Assembly (NCBI GenBank): GCA_964016885.1
Contig: OZ024743.1
Span: 314,960,001 to 315,024,000, forward strand
From: Eledone cirrhosa
Lineage: Eukaryota
Reading direction: 5' to 3'
Length of the DNA stretch: 64,000 bases
Under the pieces are notes generated by a model, which was not told the origin of the DNA, ran no database searches, and saw nothing but the letters and a program-made list of their open reading frames with translations. Below, piece by piece: positions 43,083 to 56,335 of the stretch. Every line of letters starts with the position of its first letter. The stretch's first letter is position 1. The position numbers and the translations under genes are program-made.

Positions 43083-43270
43083 AACAAGTATGACCCCGAC
43101 GGCAGAGCTCAAGCCGTTACGACAGGTATTTCTGGACTTAAATAGCCGTCGAAACGGCTTGAGCTCTGCCGTCGGGGTCATACTTGTTCCTATTACCCAT
43201 TCTACTACCCTAAGTATTGAGGACTTTGTGCGTTATGGTCGACCTGGTTCCTTATCACACCTCCTTTGTT
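43078..43270 (+). mobile_element. R2 pLTR-like island with a palindrome of about 115 bp
   Basis: 43078-43193 is self-complementary around CTGGACTT and contains GAAAC GGC UUGAGCUCU GCC GUC GGGGUCA. Confidence 0.7.
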
Positions 43271-43529
43271 ATATATATATATCGTTCTGATCGATGGTAT
43301 CTCCTTCTCAAACTCTCTTTCCCTCTTAGTCTCTCTTTATCCCCTCACTCATTCTTACCCACTCTTTCTATATTACTCTGTTTCCACTCTCTTTCCCCCG
43401 CTTTCTCCCTCTCTCTTTCTCTATATATGTTGTTTATATGTAGTACATAGTTACACTTATATATTTATACATGTATTTCTATATATATATATATAAATGT
43501 AATTATGCATACGCACGCACACACACACT

Positions 43530-43576
<47 letters not shown>

Positions 43577-43578
<2 letters not shown>

Positions 43579-44119
43579 TGGCTGCCAACTCATTTTCGAG
43601 TACGGCCAATACTTTATATCCATGTAGGAGAACCCCTACCGATACGCTGAACGAGTGTGACTTTTTAGTCCAGCCAGCGACTTGAACACTATGGTACAAA
43701 CACTACACTTGTGACAATTATTGACACATAGCGCGGGGCCCATGGTACCATGTGACGACAAGTGCAGAGAGATCTCCAAATATAAAGCAATGCCTGTGCC
43801 GTGAAACTTTTATAGTGAGCAAAGGCACTGCACAAAGCCAGTCCCACTCTCTTAACCAAGATGATATTTACCAAAAAGAAGTCAACATCATTGGATACCA
43901 TCAGGGTTGCAGGTGTTATATCAGAGTTTTCCTTCTCCTGTAATTATGCCTTGACAAAGGCTAAGCGTCATCTCTGCCGGTGATTTTGGATGGCCATTGA
44001 CTCTTAAGAGCTCCTCTGACCTTTGACAGGTTTTATTTTTAGTCCTGCAGGAAGTGCCAAGTCACCCTACTCACCAAGAAACCCTGGTCGGGTCGCCAGG
44101 TTAGTCGCCAACGACCCGA

Positions 44120-44121
<2 letters not shown>
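43577..44121 (-). mobile_element. RTE-related non-coding element (5'-UTR-like) inserted in (TA)n
   Basis: Minus strand has AGGAGAAGGAAAACTCTGA, a motif recalled from RTE 5' regions. Terminal hairpin at 44086-44121. (TA)n on both sides. Confidence 0.4.
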
Positions 44122-44194
<73 letters not shown>

Positions 44195-44337
44195 CACACA
44201 TATATACATATGTACGTATGGGTTATATCGAATATTAATAATAATATTCAATTTGTTTGTAAACAAACGGCCCGATTAAAGGTGTGCCGTGCCGATGACA
44301 AATCGACGTCATTTGTTCATCACTGGAATTGAGGAAT

Positions 44338-44376
44338 AATCAATATGTTTCTAGTTCATTACCCTTCATCAGGACT
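44338..44376 (-). ncRNA. Minimal hammerhead-like motif
   Basis: Minus strand reads AGUC CUGAUGA AGGGU AAUGA ACUA GAAAC AU AUU GAUU. Stem I AGUC/GAUU pairs; stem III has one mismatch. Confidence 0.55.
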
Positions 44377-44557
44377 GTATAACTCTGCCAATCTGTTGAA
44401 CGATTGAAAGTATGAAATATTTTAAGTACACATCTGCTGAGTACCCTCATTTGCATACCGAGCGAATTACAGCTGGCCTTGCAGAAAACTAAAAATAAAA
44501 TTAGAATTTTTTTCTCGCACTAGCACAGCTCATACATAAATCTAAGTATATATACAC

Positions 44558-44626
<69 letters not shown>

Positions 44627-44627
44627 C

Positions 44628-44692
<65 letters not shown>

Positions 44693-44693
44693 C

Positions 44694-44724
<31 letters not shown>

Positions 44725-44730
44725 CACACA

Positions 44731-44795
<65 letters not shown>

Positions 44796-44907
44796 TTAGA
44801 ACACTGGAAGGTAATATCCGTAGTAGTAGATCACTCAGTCCATGGGACCAGTTATATATATACACATATATAAGTACATACATATATATATACATATACA
44901 TCTATTT

Positions 44908-44978
<71 letters not shown>

Positions 44979-45153
44979 ATATAAAGAACAATCCGTATAC
45001 TGTGGCTCTCAACATATGTGTCTGTTTGTGACTACTTTAACAGCAAAATAAGCACTTTCGCGGAAACATAGTATATGCTGATACTAAATCCTTCTCGCTT
45101 GCTAGTGGCGACCGTAGTTTTTACTTTATGCCTTCACTTCTTTTTTTTCATTC

Positions 45154-47183
45154 TGAGCTCAAGCCGTTTCGACGGCTAATTCTGGACTCAGAATTAGCCG
45201 TCGAAATGGATTGAGCTCAGCCGTCGCGTCCTACTCGCTGTGGAGGTTACTGATCTTATTGGCCTTTTCCTTCTTTTCTCTATCAAGGAGGAATTCCCCA
45301 ACGCAGGCGGTGGTTTGTACCGTGACGATGGTCTTTTGACCATGACTAAGTGCGGACCTCGTGCTTGCGACAGGTTCAGAAAAGAACTCACAGCCTTCTT
45401 TAAAGGCTTCAACCTCTCTATACAGGTTGAGGCCAATCTCTCGGTCGTTAATTACCTCGACGTTACCCTCAATTTATTGAATGGGTTGTATTACCCGTAT
45501 AGAAAGCCGAATGATACGCTTAATTACATAAGTAAGCATTCCAACCATCCCGCCAGCATAACCAAGAACCTGGTAAAAAACGTTTCGTTGAGGCTTTCCC
45601 GTCGTTCCACCAACGAGCGCATTTTCAATAGAAATACTATTAACTTTTCTTACTCTATGACTCCTAACCTTGCACATAACATCACAGCTTCAAATTTAGC
45701 TAAACTACATAGCCGTAGGAACACGTGCCACCCTGTAGTTAGTACTAACTGTAATTGTAGGAATCGGGCTGATTGCCCCCTATCCGGGAAATGCCTCTCT
45801 AGTAACATTGTCTACAAATGTAAGGTTGTAACACCCACGTCCCATAGGGCCTACATAGGGTTAACCGCCAATAGTTTCAAGCATCGTCTTTACATGCATA
45901 CCCATTCTTTTCGTTACCCTCTAAGAAGGAATATGACGTCACTTTCAGCTTATATCTGGAGTCTAAAAGACAACCACACCCAATATAAGTTACACTGGGA
46001 GATCCTAGCTGGGGCTAGATCGTATAACGGAAATAATAGACCATGTGACCTCTGCGCTGCTGAGGCCCTGGAAATACTCTACGCCACAGACCACATCTTA
46101 AACAAAAAATCTGAGGCAATTTTGGCTTGTAAACATAAATTGCACAAAACTTTCCTGTATTACAGCCCCATGTTATACCCTAACGGATAGTACGATCTAT
46201 ATGTGGATATTTTACGTCTTGATGTGGGAGCTAAGTATATGTTTTGTTTATTCCTTTACTTATTTGCATAGGTAAGTATATATTACCCGTATGTTTTGTG
46301 AAGGTACGTATACCTTCTCGTACGTATATTTGATTGTTATGGCGTATAATATTATATTTGTGGTACATAGGGTTTGGCTCTGTGTATAAGGGAGTTTTGC
46401 GTCTGTGTGAGTATGCAGGTTCGTACGTATGGTGGGTGTGTGTATATGTGTACTTCTTGTTTTAGTTGACTTACGTCTCCGAACATTCGTGTATTTATAT
46501 GTAGGTATGTGTGTGCGCTTGTTATATACGTATTTATTTATTCTTATACGTTTATATAATTATTTATTTATGTATACACGCATACACACACACATATTTA
46601 TATGTGCGTGGTTTTGTATACCTATGGTAAGGTTTTGCGTATGCTTGTGTATGTACGTATTTGCTTGCGTGTATGTATTTATTTATTTCTATTACTTCTG
46701 TATTGTATTTATTTACTTTGTTCTTACCTCTGTAGCGGAGATTCATTTGGTCTCCTAGTTAGAATTTTAGTCTACGACTTCTGCTATACCATTTACGTGG
46801 TTTTGTCTTGGCGTGCTATTGTTCCCCACGCTCCACATATGACGTATTATCTTCGTTTTTTCGTTCATTGCCAGAGAAAGTCTCTATGCACCACCTAAGA
46901 GAAGATTAGTTTACGACCTCTTTTATACCATAAACGTGGTTCTGTCTTTGCGCGTAATTGTTTTTCACCGCTCCTATTAATGACGTATTATTCGTTTTTC
47001 CCGTCCTTTGCCAGCGAACGTTACCACGAACCAAAGTATCGTCTTCCTGTCTTCCTCCGGCTGCAACGTTTTTTGAAATATTCAGTTCTGCGTTTACAGA
47101 TTGACTTTGTTAGTTTCAGAAGATCCCGTTAAGGGTGAAAGCAGCGATTCTTTGCTTAAACTTTAATCTGTTATTTTAATAAA
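45154..47183 (+). mobile_element. 5'-truncated Penelope-like element
   Basis: Partial RT-GIY-YIG ORF, GT/T-rich 3' UTR, tandem duplication of about 140 bp (46760-47030), ends AATAAA(TA)n. R2-type hairpin at the 5' junction. Confidence 0.85.
45240..46190 (+). pseudogene. PLE RT C-terminal half plus GIY-YIG endonuclease, internally deleted
   Basis: Motifs GLYRDDGL, NYLDVTL, YRKP, SNHP, CNCRxxxxCPLSGKC, IVY...YIGLT, FKHRLYMH and CDLC. Confidence 0.9.
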
Positions 47184-47198
47184 TATATATATATATAT

Positions 47199-47247
<49 letters not shown>

Positions 47248-47546
47248 GAGAAAAAAATATATATATGTGTGTGTGTGTGAGTGTGTATGTGTCGGGGTGA
47301 TAAATACACATCATCACATATACAGACGAATTAATTGAAACTGCGGGACTGTATATTTACAAAACTTTACCTTGAGTATACAGACATGTAAGCATGTCAG
47401 ATATTATGTTGTAGATTGAAGAAATGATTAGCATCTTTAATCAATTTCAACATTTATTGGGGTCTCAACAATGATGTCTATATCAATAGCCCCAGAAACA
47501 GAAATACTTACCTGATGGCCAAATATTACAGATATGCACTTATCGT

Positions 47547-47737
47547 CAGACCTGCCACCTCTAAAAACCCAAATGGGGAGTACTATGAAAACGTACACCA
47601 AAACGGAGAAATGAGGCAAAGTGGGGGGAATTTGTATAACGAAAACTATACACATGTTCACAAGAGTAGATATTTCACACTCACCCCAAAGTGGGCGGGA
47701 GATCTCTCCGTCGGACGGGAGTAAATTGACATGCCTG
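47547..47737. mobile_element. Small TIR element (MITE) with a 6-bp TSD
   Basis: Termini CAGACCTGCCA and TGACATGCCTG are imperfect TIRs. TATCGT occurs at 47541-47546 and 47738-47743. Confidence 0.6.
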
Positions 47738-48979
47738 TATCGTATACACAATTTAACGACTAAATACATGTTGTTAAGACAATTGTTTGATTTGCTCTGG
47801 CTAAAAGAAGAATCCGTGCTGTAGACATGTCTTGCAAACTAGTTGTTTCTACATTAAACCCTAGGCAGTTCAAAATATCAAATTTGAATGAGGCTCTGAG
47901 TCAAAAGTAAATATCTTATTGATGATTATTTATCTGTTTAAACCGCAGACTAGTAATATATATAAATGTTATACATACATATATATGAATTTTATATATA
48001 CATATATATAAATTTTATATATACATATATATAAATTTTATATATACATATATATAAAGAGAGAGAGAGAGAGAGGGGGAGAGAGAGAGGGGGGGGAAAG
48101 AGAGGGGGGGGAGAGACAGAGACAGAGACAGAGAGATAATACATAGATTACCGCAGCTTATAAAAAGAGTACCCAGAATTAGAATGGTTTCGATTGGCAA
48201 TCCAGATAACGCTATGCAAACATGAATGAGTGTGAGTATGCGCGGGCATGTATGTGTGTATGTGTGTGTGTATGTGTGTGTGTGCAGCTTATCGAATCCA
48301 ACAGCTGCGACACCTTTCCTTTAATTTCTATATTGATGAAATGGGAATTGTTTCGTTGAATTATTTCTTTGAATCTTGGGGGAGCGGGAGGTATGGGAAT
48401 AAGGTGTTAGAGAAACAGATGGGTCTGTTTTTCTATTTCTTATGAGGTGTCGTAAATTAAATTGTCGTCGAAAGCACCATATGGTTCGTATAGTATTTAA
48501 AAGAAAACATCATTACATGAAGCTAAAAAGTGAGAGAGAAAGGTTGGCCAAGGCATATATGGGAGAGAATAATTGCGAAATGATTTTAAAACACACTCTA
48601 AGTTACCGGGAAGTGACAAATCTATGCTTTTCATTTTATGATTTTTTTTTTAATCGGATTTAATTGACACGATTATTAAGGCATAGAAAATGATAGTCGA
48701 AATCGCAGGTCCCGTTCTGATTTCATAAAGCAGGAATTTTTTCGAGAAACCAGGATAATTCCACTAATATGTGTTCGAGGTGAAATCTATCGAAGTATAA
48801 CCAGTACTTTGCCAATTTCTTTTATATATATATATATATTTGAAAAGGGTCTAAAGTTGTATACAAATCAAGGTTATAGAAGAAAAGCAGGGAAGTAGAT
48901 TTAAGTATCTTTTTTTAATATATATTTTCCTAAGATAACCGCTCTCCAAAAGTATTTCCCCACGATTGAAAACAAATCA

Positions 48980-49526
<547 letters not shown>

Positions 49527-49878
49527 TGAAATTTCCGTTGGAAACAGAAAAGGTCATAGAAATGAAGAGTGCTCTATGTAAGTATCAGAGCAAAATTTAA
49601 TGTATAAAGTCGTTTATTTCGTATTCGCCTCATTCGGGAAACCTCTGGTAATGAGGTAATTATATTGTATTGATTTTTATACATTAAATTTTGCTCTGAT
49701 ACTTACATAGAGCACTCTTCATTTCTATGTCCTTTTCTGTTTCCAACGGAAATATCAATACTTATAAAGCTCCCAAGGGAATGATCGCAGCATATTCTAC
49801 ATCGTTATGAGATTGGCACCTTCCAGCCCTTTTAAAGTCGAGCACTCTTCAGTCATAGGATTTTAACCAATACCGAAC

Positions 49879-52000
49879 ATGGACAAATACCCTTTGGACT
49901 ACTCTGTAAAGAATATCCCAACACCTTCTAACACTCTCTACACGAAAATACTGATAGACAAAGTAGAGAAGGTTGTTAAAAGAATGAGATGGAAAGCTTT
50001 GATTCTCGATGGTCAATTTAACACGGATTCTACGGAATATGTTGACATCAAAACTCATAAATACCCGCAAAGAGTAAAAGATATGACCGCCTTTGAATTA
50101 GACCTAGTTAACCTTATCAACAACATCAATTTTCGTAAGTACTCTAACCCCTTTAAATCTAAATTATCTAATGATATTTCTACTTTCAAATCTTCTAATA
50201 ATAAGTTCATCTTCTCAGATAAAACTAAAAACCTATATGAAGTTAATAATAATTTACACGACCAACTATTAATAGATAATATCACCTCTAAATACCAAAT
50301 AGCTAATATAAATACGTACCATAATATAAATAAGGAAGCTAAAGAATTAGCTGTTTCTTTAAAAATAGATAATAGGACAGAAAAACTTGCTAAACGTTCT
50401 GCGTATATCACCCTTAAAGATAATAAACCCGACTTTATTAATCGCCCTAGTTGTAGATTAATCAACCCTGCTAAGACTGATATTGGTCTTGCCAGCAAAA
50501 AAAATTTAAATAAATTAAATACACACATTAGAAGTAAGTCTAAATTACTCCAATGGATAAATAGCTCTTCCATAGTACATTGGTGTAATAATATTAAAAA
50601 CAAAATCAGTTCTAGATTCACCCAATTTGACATCGTAGATATCTACCCTTTTAGTGAAAGCTTTAAATTTCGCTAGAGGGTTCACTAATATCTCCGATAT
50701 TGAAGAGGATGTCATCTTGCATGCTAGGAACACTCTACTTTTTAATGATAATGACACTTGGGTAAAAATATCTAACCCAGAGAACCCATTCGATGTCTCA
50801 ATGGGCTCTTATGACAGTGCCGAGGTTTGTGATCTGGTCGGCCTATTCCTTTTACATACACTTAAAGAAAAATTTCCTAACCATATTTTTGGGCTTTATC
50901 GCGATGATGGTCTAATACTTTCCCATACCACCATAGGTCATAACTTAGATAGATTAAAGAAAGACTTAATAAAAACCTTCGCTAGTTTTAATCTTAAAAT
51001 TACTATTGACACTAACCTTTCCAACGTAGATTTCCTAGATATAAACCTAGATTTGCCTACTGCTTCTTATAAACCATACCATAAACCTAATGAAAACTTA
51101 AAATATATAAATAAAGGATCTTGCCATCCACCTATAGTTTTTAAAAACCTTATCCCTAATATTAGCCGTAGGATCTCCACCCTCTCTTCCTCAGAAGCTA
51201 TTTTTAATAAGGCATCCCCCTACTATAATAAAGCCCTCCAAAATAGCGGCTTTAGCGAACCGATTAAATACATACCTAACTACACTAACTCTATTAAACA
51301 TAAAAATAGGGAAAGAAAATTAATCTGGTTCACACACCCCTACTCTCTAGCAGTTAAAACTAATGTAGGCAAAAAATTCCTAGAACTCCTAGATAAACAT
51401 TTCCCTAGAACACATAGATACTATAAGATCTTTAACAGAAACTGTGTTAAAATTAGCTATTCCTACGGTCCCTCTATTAAGTCCTATATCCTCAACAAAA
51501 TATCACCTAGAGAAAATCAAACTTGCTCCTGTAGAATCAAAAGTGAATGCCCAATACAAGGTAAATGCAACACCAAAGCCATTGTATATGCGGCTAAAGT
51601 GACAACCATCAGCAACAACCATCCAGCCACCAGTGAACGATATGTGGGTATGACGCAAGACAGATTCAAAACGCGTTATTACTCACATGTCGCATCCTTT
51701 CGACATCCAGAAAAAAGATTTACAACAGCTCTGGCTAGCAGAATTTGGGATTTGAAAGACCAAGGCATCCAATATAAACTAGATTGGTCAATTTTGAACC
51801 AATCTAAAAAATATGCTAGAGGAACAAGAAAATGCACGCTCTGCATAAATGAAAAATTTTGGATATTGCAAAATCTTAAATCACCAAAGACCTGCCTGAA
51901 CACAAAGACGGAAATTTTCACCAGTTGCCCACACATGAAATCACACCTGCTTTCCAGCTCATATAAACTTAACACACTTTCAGATACTTATCCTCCATAA
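49879..52000 (+). pseudogene. PLE reverse transcriptase-GIY-YIG polyprotein with a single frameshift near 50650
   Basis: ORF 49879..50676 (SDKT, CRLINP, FDIVDIYP) continues in 50654..52000 (SMGS, LYRDDG, FLDI, YHKP, SCHP, CSCRxxxxCPIQGKC, IVY..YVGMT, FKTRYYSH, CTLC). Confidence 0.92.
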
Positions 52001-53200
52001 ACTCTTATTATTCTCTTTTTAATTACCCTTTCTGACTTACTTTCATTTTTATCCTTGTCAATAATTTCATTTATTTTCACTTTTATTTATTTTTACTTCA
52101 CCCCCCCCCCCTTTATTCTCCGATCCACTTCCTATTTTCTATATTTTACTTCCCCTTCTTTTACTTCCCTTTTTCCTCCACTAACTGATTACACATGTCT
52201 TTTGTGTTTTTCAATCCAGATATATTTTTCATTTTTATTTTTATTTTATTTTTGCGCAGCCTATCTTACAATTTTATATTTGTACTTATTTATCCACAAT
52301 TCAATATGGCTGAACGCCTTAATGTGTGTATACTTTTTATATATGTACATGAGTGACTACGTATGTGCGTGCGCGTGCGTGTATGTATATGTATATATAT
52401 ATATATATATGTGTATGTATATATGTGTGTACAGGTGTTTGTGTGTGTGTGTATGTATATATTATGCGTATGTGTACGTGTCTTTATATCCGTGATTTTG
52501 ACATCTCGGTTTTATGTTTTGTTCCTTTTTTCTTCTCCCCCCCCCTCCCCTTTTTTTACTTACTCAGTTTCATACGTGGGCATGCAAACAGGTTTATATG
52601 CGTGAGTATAAGTATGTGTGTGTGTGTGTGTGTATGTACGTATCGAACGTATGGAAGTGTAAGTGCGCGTGTGTATATAAGCATAATTATTTTTACATTT
52701 CTTTTGTGAGACACGCGTGTCTGTGTATGTATGTAACCCCCTTTTTTTGTTTTCTTTAATTTTTTCTTTCTAATATCTTTTCTTTCTAATTTATCGTTAT
52801 TATATTTTTATAAATATATCGAGACTGATACTTTTCTTTTAATTATTACACTCCCTTACCTCCTTTCTTTCCGCATCTAAGTGTACGAGTGTCCAGGCGT
52901 TTTATGCGCGCGCCTTCATATTCATATATTTAAGATGTAACCATTTCTGTCTGTATAATACAGACATATAGATACATTTGCCCTAAATTTTAGAATTACG
53001 CACACTTTCTCACTATACATATACATGTGCGCATATACATATATGCACATCTGTGAGCGTATATACATACATATACACACACCTAACTATATTTCTTGAT
53101 AGATTTTTATATATTTCAATTTCTATTTCATTTATCTATATCTTTTTTTGATTTTCTTGATGTGTTTTTCTAAGTATTTGCCCATGTTTTATATTGCCTC

Positions 53201-53270
53201 GTCTGACGAACGAATGAAGTCGTTTATTTCGTATTCGCCTCATTCGGGAAACCTCTGGTAATGAGGTAAT
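53201..53270 (+). ncRNA. Hammerhead motif in the 3' pLTR of the Penelope-like element
   Basis: CUGACGA A CGAAUGA...UCAUUCG G GAAAC CUC UGGUAAU GAG GUA. Stems II and III are clear; stem I is weak. Confidence 0.65.
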
Positions 53271-53292
53271 TATATTGTATTGATTTTTATAC

Positions 53293-53331
<39 letters not shown>

Positions 53332-53743
53332 AACCAGTGAGAAGAATGCGAAACTACAAAGGGACAAGACTCTAGTCTTAATTAAATGAACTTTTAAATT
53401 CCACTTCGGTATTGAGCACTCTTTTCTCTCAGTCGTCAACAACAACACACACACATGTATGTATATATATATATATATAGAAGAATTCAAATGTTTCTTA
53501 ATCGCTTTCTCTCCATGGTGGTGTTAAATATAACTTGGTCAACACCAAGAACATAGAACGAGCTGGCTCTCCTACCTCTTCTACTTTCACTATCATCACT
53601 GCTGCTATTATAATCAACACCACCAAGAATGGAGGAAGGGGAGAAAGCGATAAACAAAATTGTGCACTATTCTATATATATATGTATGTAAACCATGTAC
53701 TTTTATACCATATTCTTATTAATATACAACTTAACTCCGTAGA

Positions 53744-53780
53744 ATGAAGAAGCCCAGCAAATAGGCTGAAACCGGTACGA
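53744..53780 (+). ncRNA. Degenerate minimal hammerhead motif
   Basis: aUGAAGA AGCC CAGCAAAUA GGCU GAAAC CG GUA with palindromic ACCGGU and a C3-to-A change. Stem I is unclear. Confidence 0.5.
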
Positions 53781-53996
53781 TAAATTCCTTTTTTGTAAAT
53801 AAATGTTTTGCTGTCATTCTATGAGAAAATCCCATTAACATCTACTGTTTCTCCTTTCTTACTATTATATGTATCAACTTGTGTGTCACTTCTCAACATT
53901 ATATATATATATATATATATAATGTTGAGAATATATATATGTATATATATATATATATATATATTGAGATGTTGAGAATTGAATGTTGAGAATATA

Positions 53997-54048
<52 letters not shown>

Positions 54049-56294
54049 CACACACAAACACACTCATACATATATATGTAACATTAACGCTTTCAATTAC
54101 GGTGTCCTTTTTCTCCCTTCTCTTACAAACTCCACCTTTTATTTATTTTTTTATATCGGAGTATAATCAGGTTACTGTGGACACATATTTTGATTGAAGC
54201 TAGAAATAGGATAAGATTATATTAGGTTTATATTTGGTTTATATCAGTTTATTGCATTAAAAGGTCAGATTTGTAATGAAAATCCGTCTTCTATCAAACG
54301 ACACTTGTCATAGTAATTATAGATGGCCTCTGAGATCGGTTAATGTCGGTAAACAACAGGGAGAATATCAAGAATGAAAGAATGGACAATGAAAACGATT
54401 GCTTATTTATTTCTGACCTGAGGTTCGGTGCTGTTCAAATTATTATTGTAACAAACACATTGCCTGGCAATTTTCTTTCATTTTATTTTGTTATTCACCG
54501 AATAATTGCCGAATCAAAAGAGTTGATATATAATATAGTGTGGGTTCGAATTATATAGCTGGTCAATCTTTGTACAAATTTGGTTGTATATATCGTTACT
54601 AAAATTATTGCCGTTACAGTCATTATCGTAATTGTTGCTTTTGTAGTTATTGCTGCCGTAGTAATTGTCGATTTGTTGTTGTTGCTTGTATTTATTGTTT
54701 TTACTCTAGCTTTTGTTGTCATTCCTGTTGTAGTTGTTGCTGCTATTATGCTCAGATCAGCCATGGTCAAGAAGCCTTATATTAAATGTCCCCCAGCATA
54801 AAAATAACGTTTTGTTATAGGAAGAGTATTGCTAGATTATATAATAGGCCCTGTTCTTATTCAAAAGTACGGTATCGGATTTGGGGGAATGTTTGGCTGC
54901 TATATCTAGACGGCCAGGTGACGGAGTAGATGTTATTTAGTGCAGTTTTTGAATGTGGAAATTAGAAACAAAATACAAATTGTTGGTGGAGTCAGCACAG
55001 CTGAAAGTTAAAGAAGTTAACTCCACAACGTGGAATCTGGAATTTGGGACTTCACAATAGCCTCAAGTCGAGCACCCTCCAGTTTATCCTTCGTGAGTGA
55101 AATTGTGTGGTAGCCCATTGGATGTGTGCACGACATTATGATGCGCACTTGTCTGTGCAACATTCAATCCTATACACATTAATTTAGAAGCTGGACGTTT
55201 AGTTGATTGATCAACTGAATGAAAGAGATGGAAGACCCATCATTCAAACAACAATTTATTTATTTCCCATATCGTACCTATGAATGTGCACCCTCAATGG
55301 CGTTCTTGGCGAATAAAAAGTTTGTTTATATTTTTAATTGTTTGGCCTGTAGTTAAGGCCTGGCTGGAAAGTATATACAACATCATATCGTTTTCTTACT
55401 ATAAATAAAACAATCTATATTCTGAGAGTATACTTACTATTATTTTCCAATATATTTCTTGTGCACTTTGTGAATTAATCTGTGTAATAGACAACTAGAC
55501 GTACACATTCTCACATAAAGACAGGATTTCTAAAACATGATATGATCTCCAAGTTCAAACTTTCATCACCCGCAGAAAATTGGATTTTTCTTTTCATATT
55601 TTCATATTTTTCATTTGATATTCAACTCGCACGTAACATTATATGGATACATACATAGAGAAATGTATGTGTGTATATATCTATATGTATATGTTATGAT
55701 ATATGTGTGTGTATGTGTGTGTCAATGTGTGTGCCAGTGTGTATGTGTGTATGTGTGTATGTGTGTGCGTCTCTGTGTGTATTTGTGTAATGTGAGTGTG
55801 TTTGCGTATATGTGTTCATACAGTAATACTTAGACTTTGATTGGAAAACGATGTTTAGATAGTACATATATATATATTTGGATCTTTCAATATAGTTCTT
55901 GTATTAGTAGATTCTGGCAAAGTAAACTATACGTATGCCAATATTTCTTCGTAATTTTATTTACAACATATGGTATTTGAATTTAAACGGTTGCTCAGTG
56001 AATTTGCTTGCACAAAGATAAACGCACGTCACAGACATATACACGCTCTCATATACATACACATACAAAACATGTACGCTCAAATAAATGCTTATACACA
56101 CATATATATATATATACTTACATAAATATATTCATGCATAAAATACACACATACATAGATACTTTCGCATCGTGTATATGTATATCTACGTTCATGAATA
56201 TGTATGTATATCTACGTATATATATATATATGTGCATGTGTGTGTATGTGTGTATATGTGTGTGTATTTGTGTGTATATCTGTGTCTCTGTGTC

Positions 56295-56335
<41 letters not shown>

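Noticed and set aside
47437-47769. Possible minus-strand exon with a perfect donor (CAG|GTAAGTAT; plus strand ATACTTACCTG resembles the U1 5' end)
   Set aside because: No convincing acceptor or recognisable protein, most of the ORF lies inside a MITE, and there is no further U1 similarity.
50055-51975. Antisense ORFs over the PLE and similar antisense ORFs over the LINEs
   Set aside because: They are shadow frames of the retroelement ORFs.
51520-52000. Possible selenocysteine recoding, as reported for some PLEs
   Set aside because: The conserved Cys positions are ordinary Cys codons, with no in-frame TGA in either GIY-YIG region.
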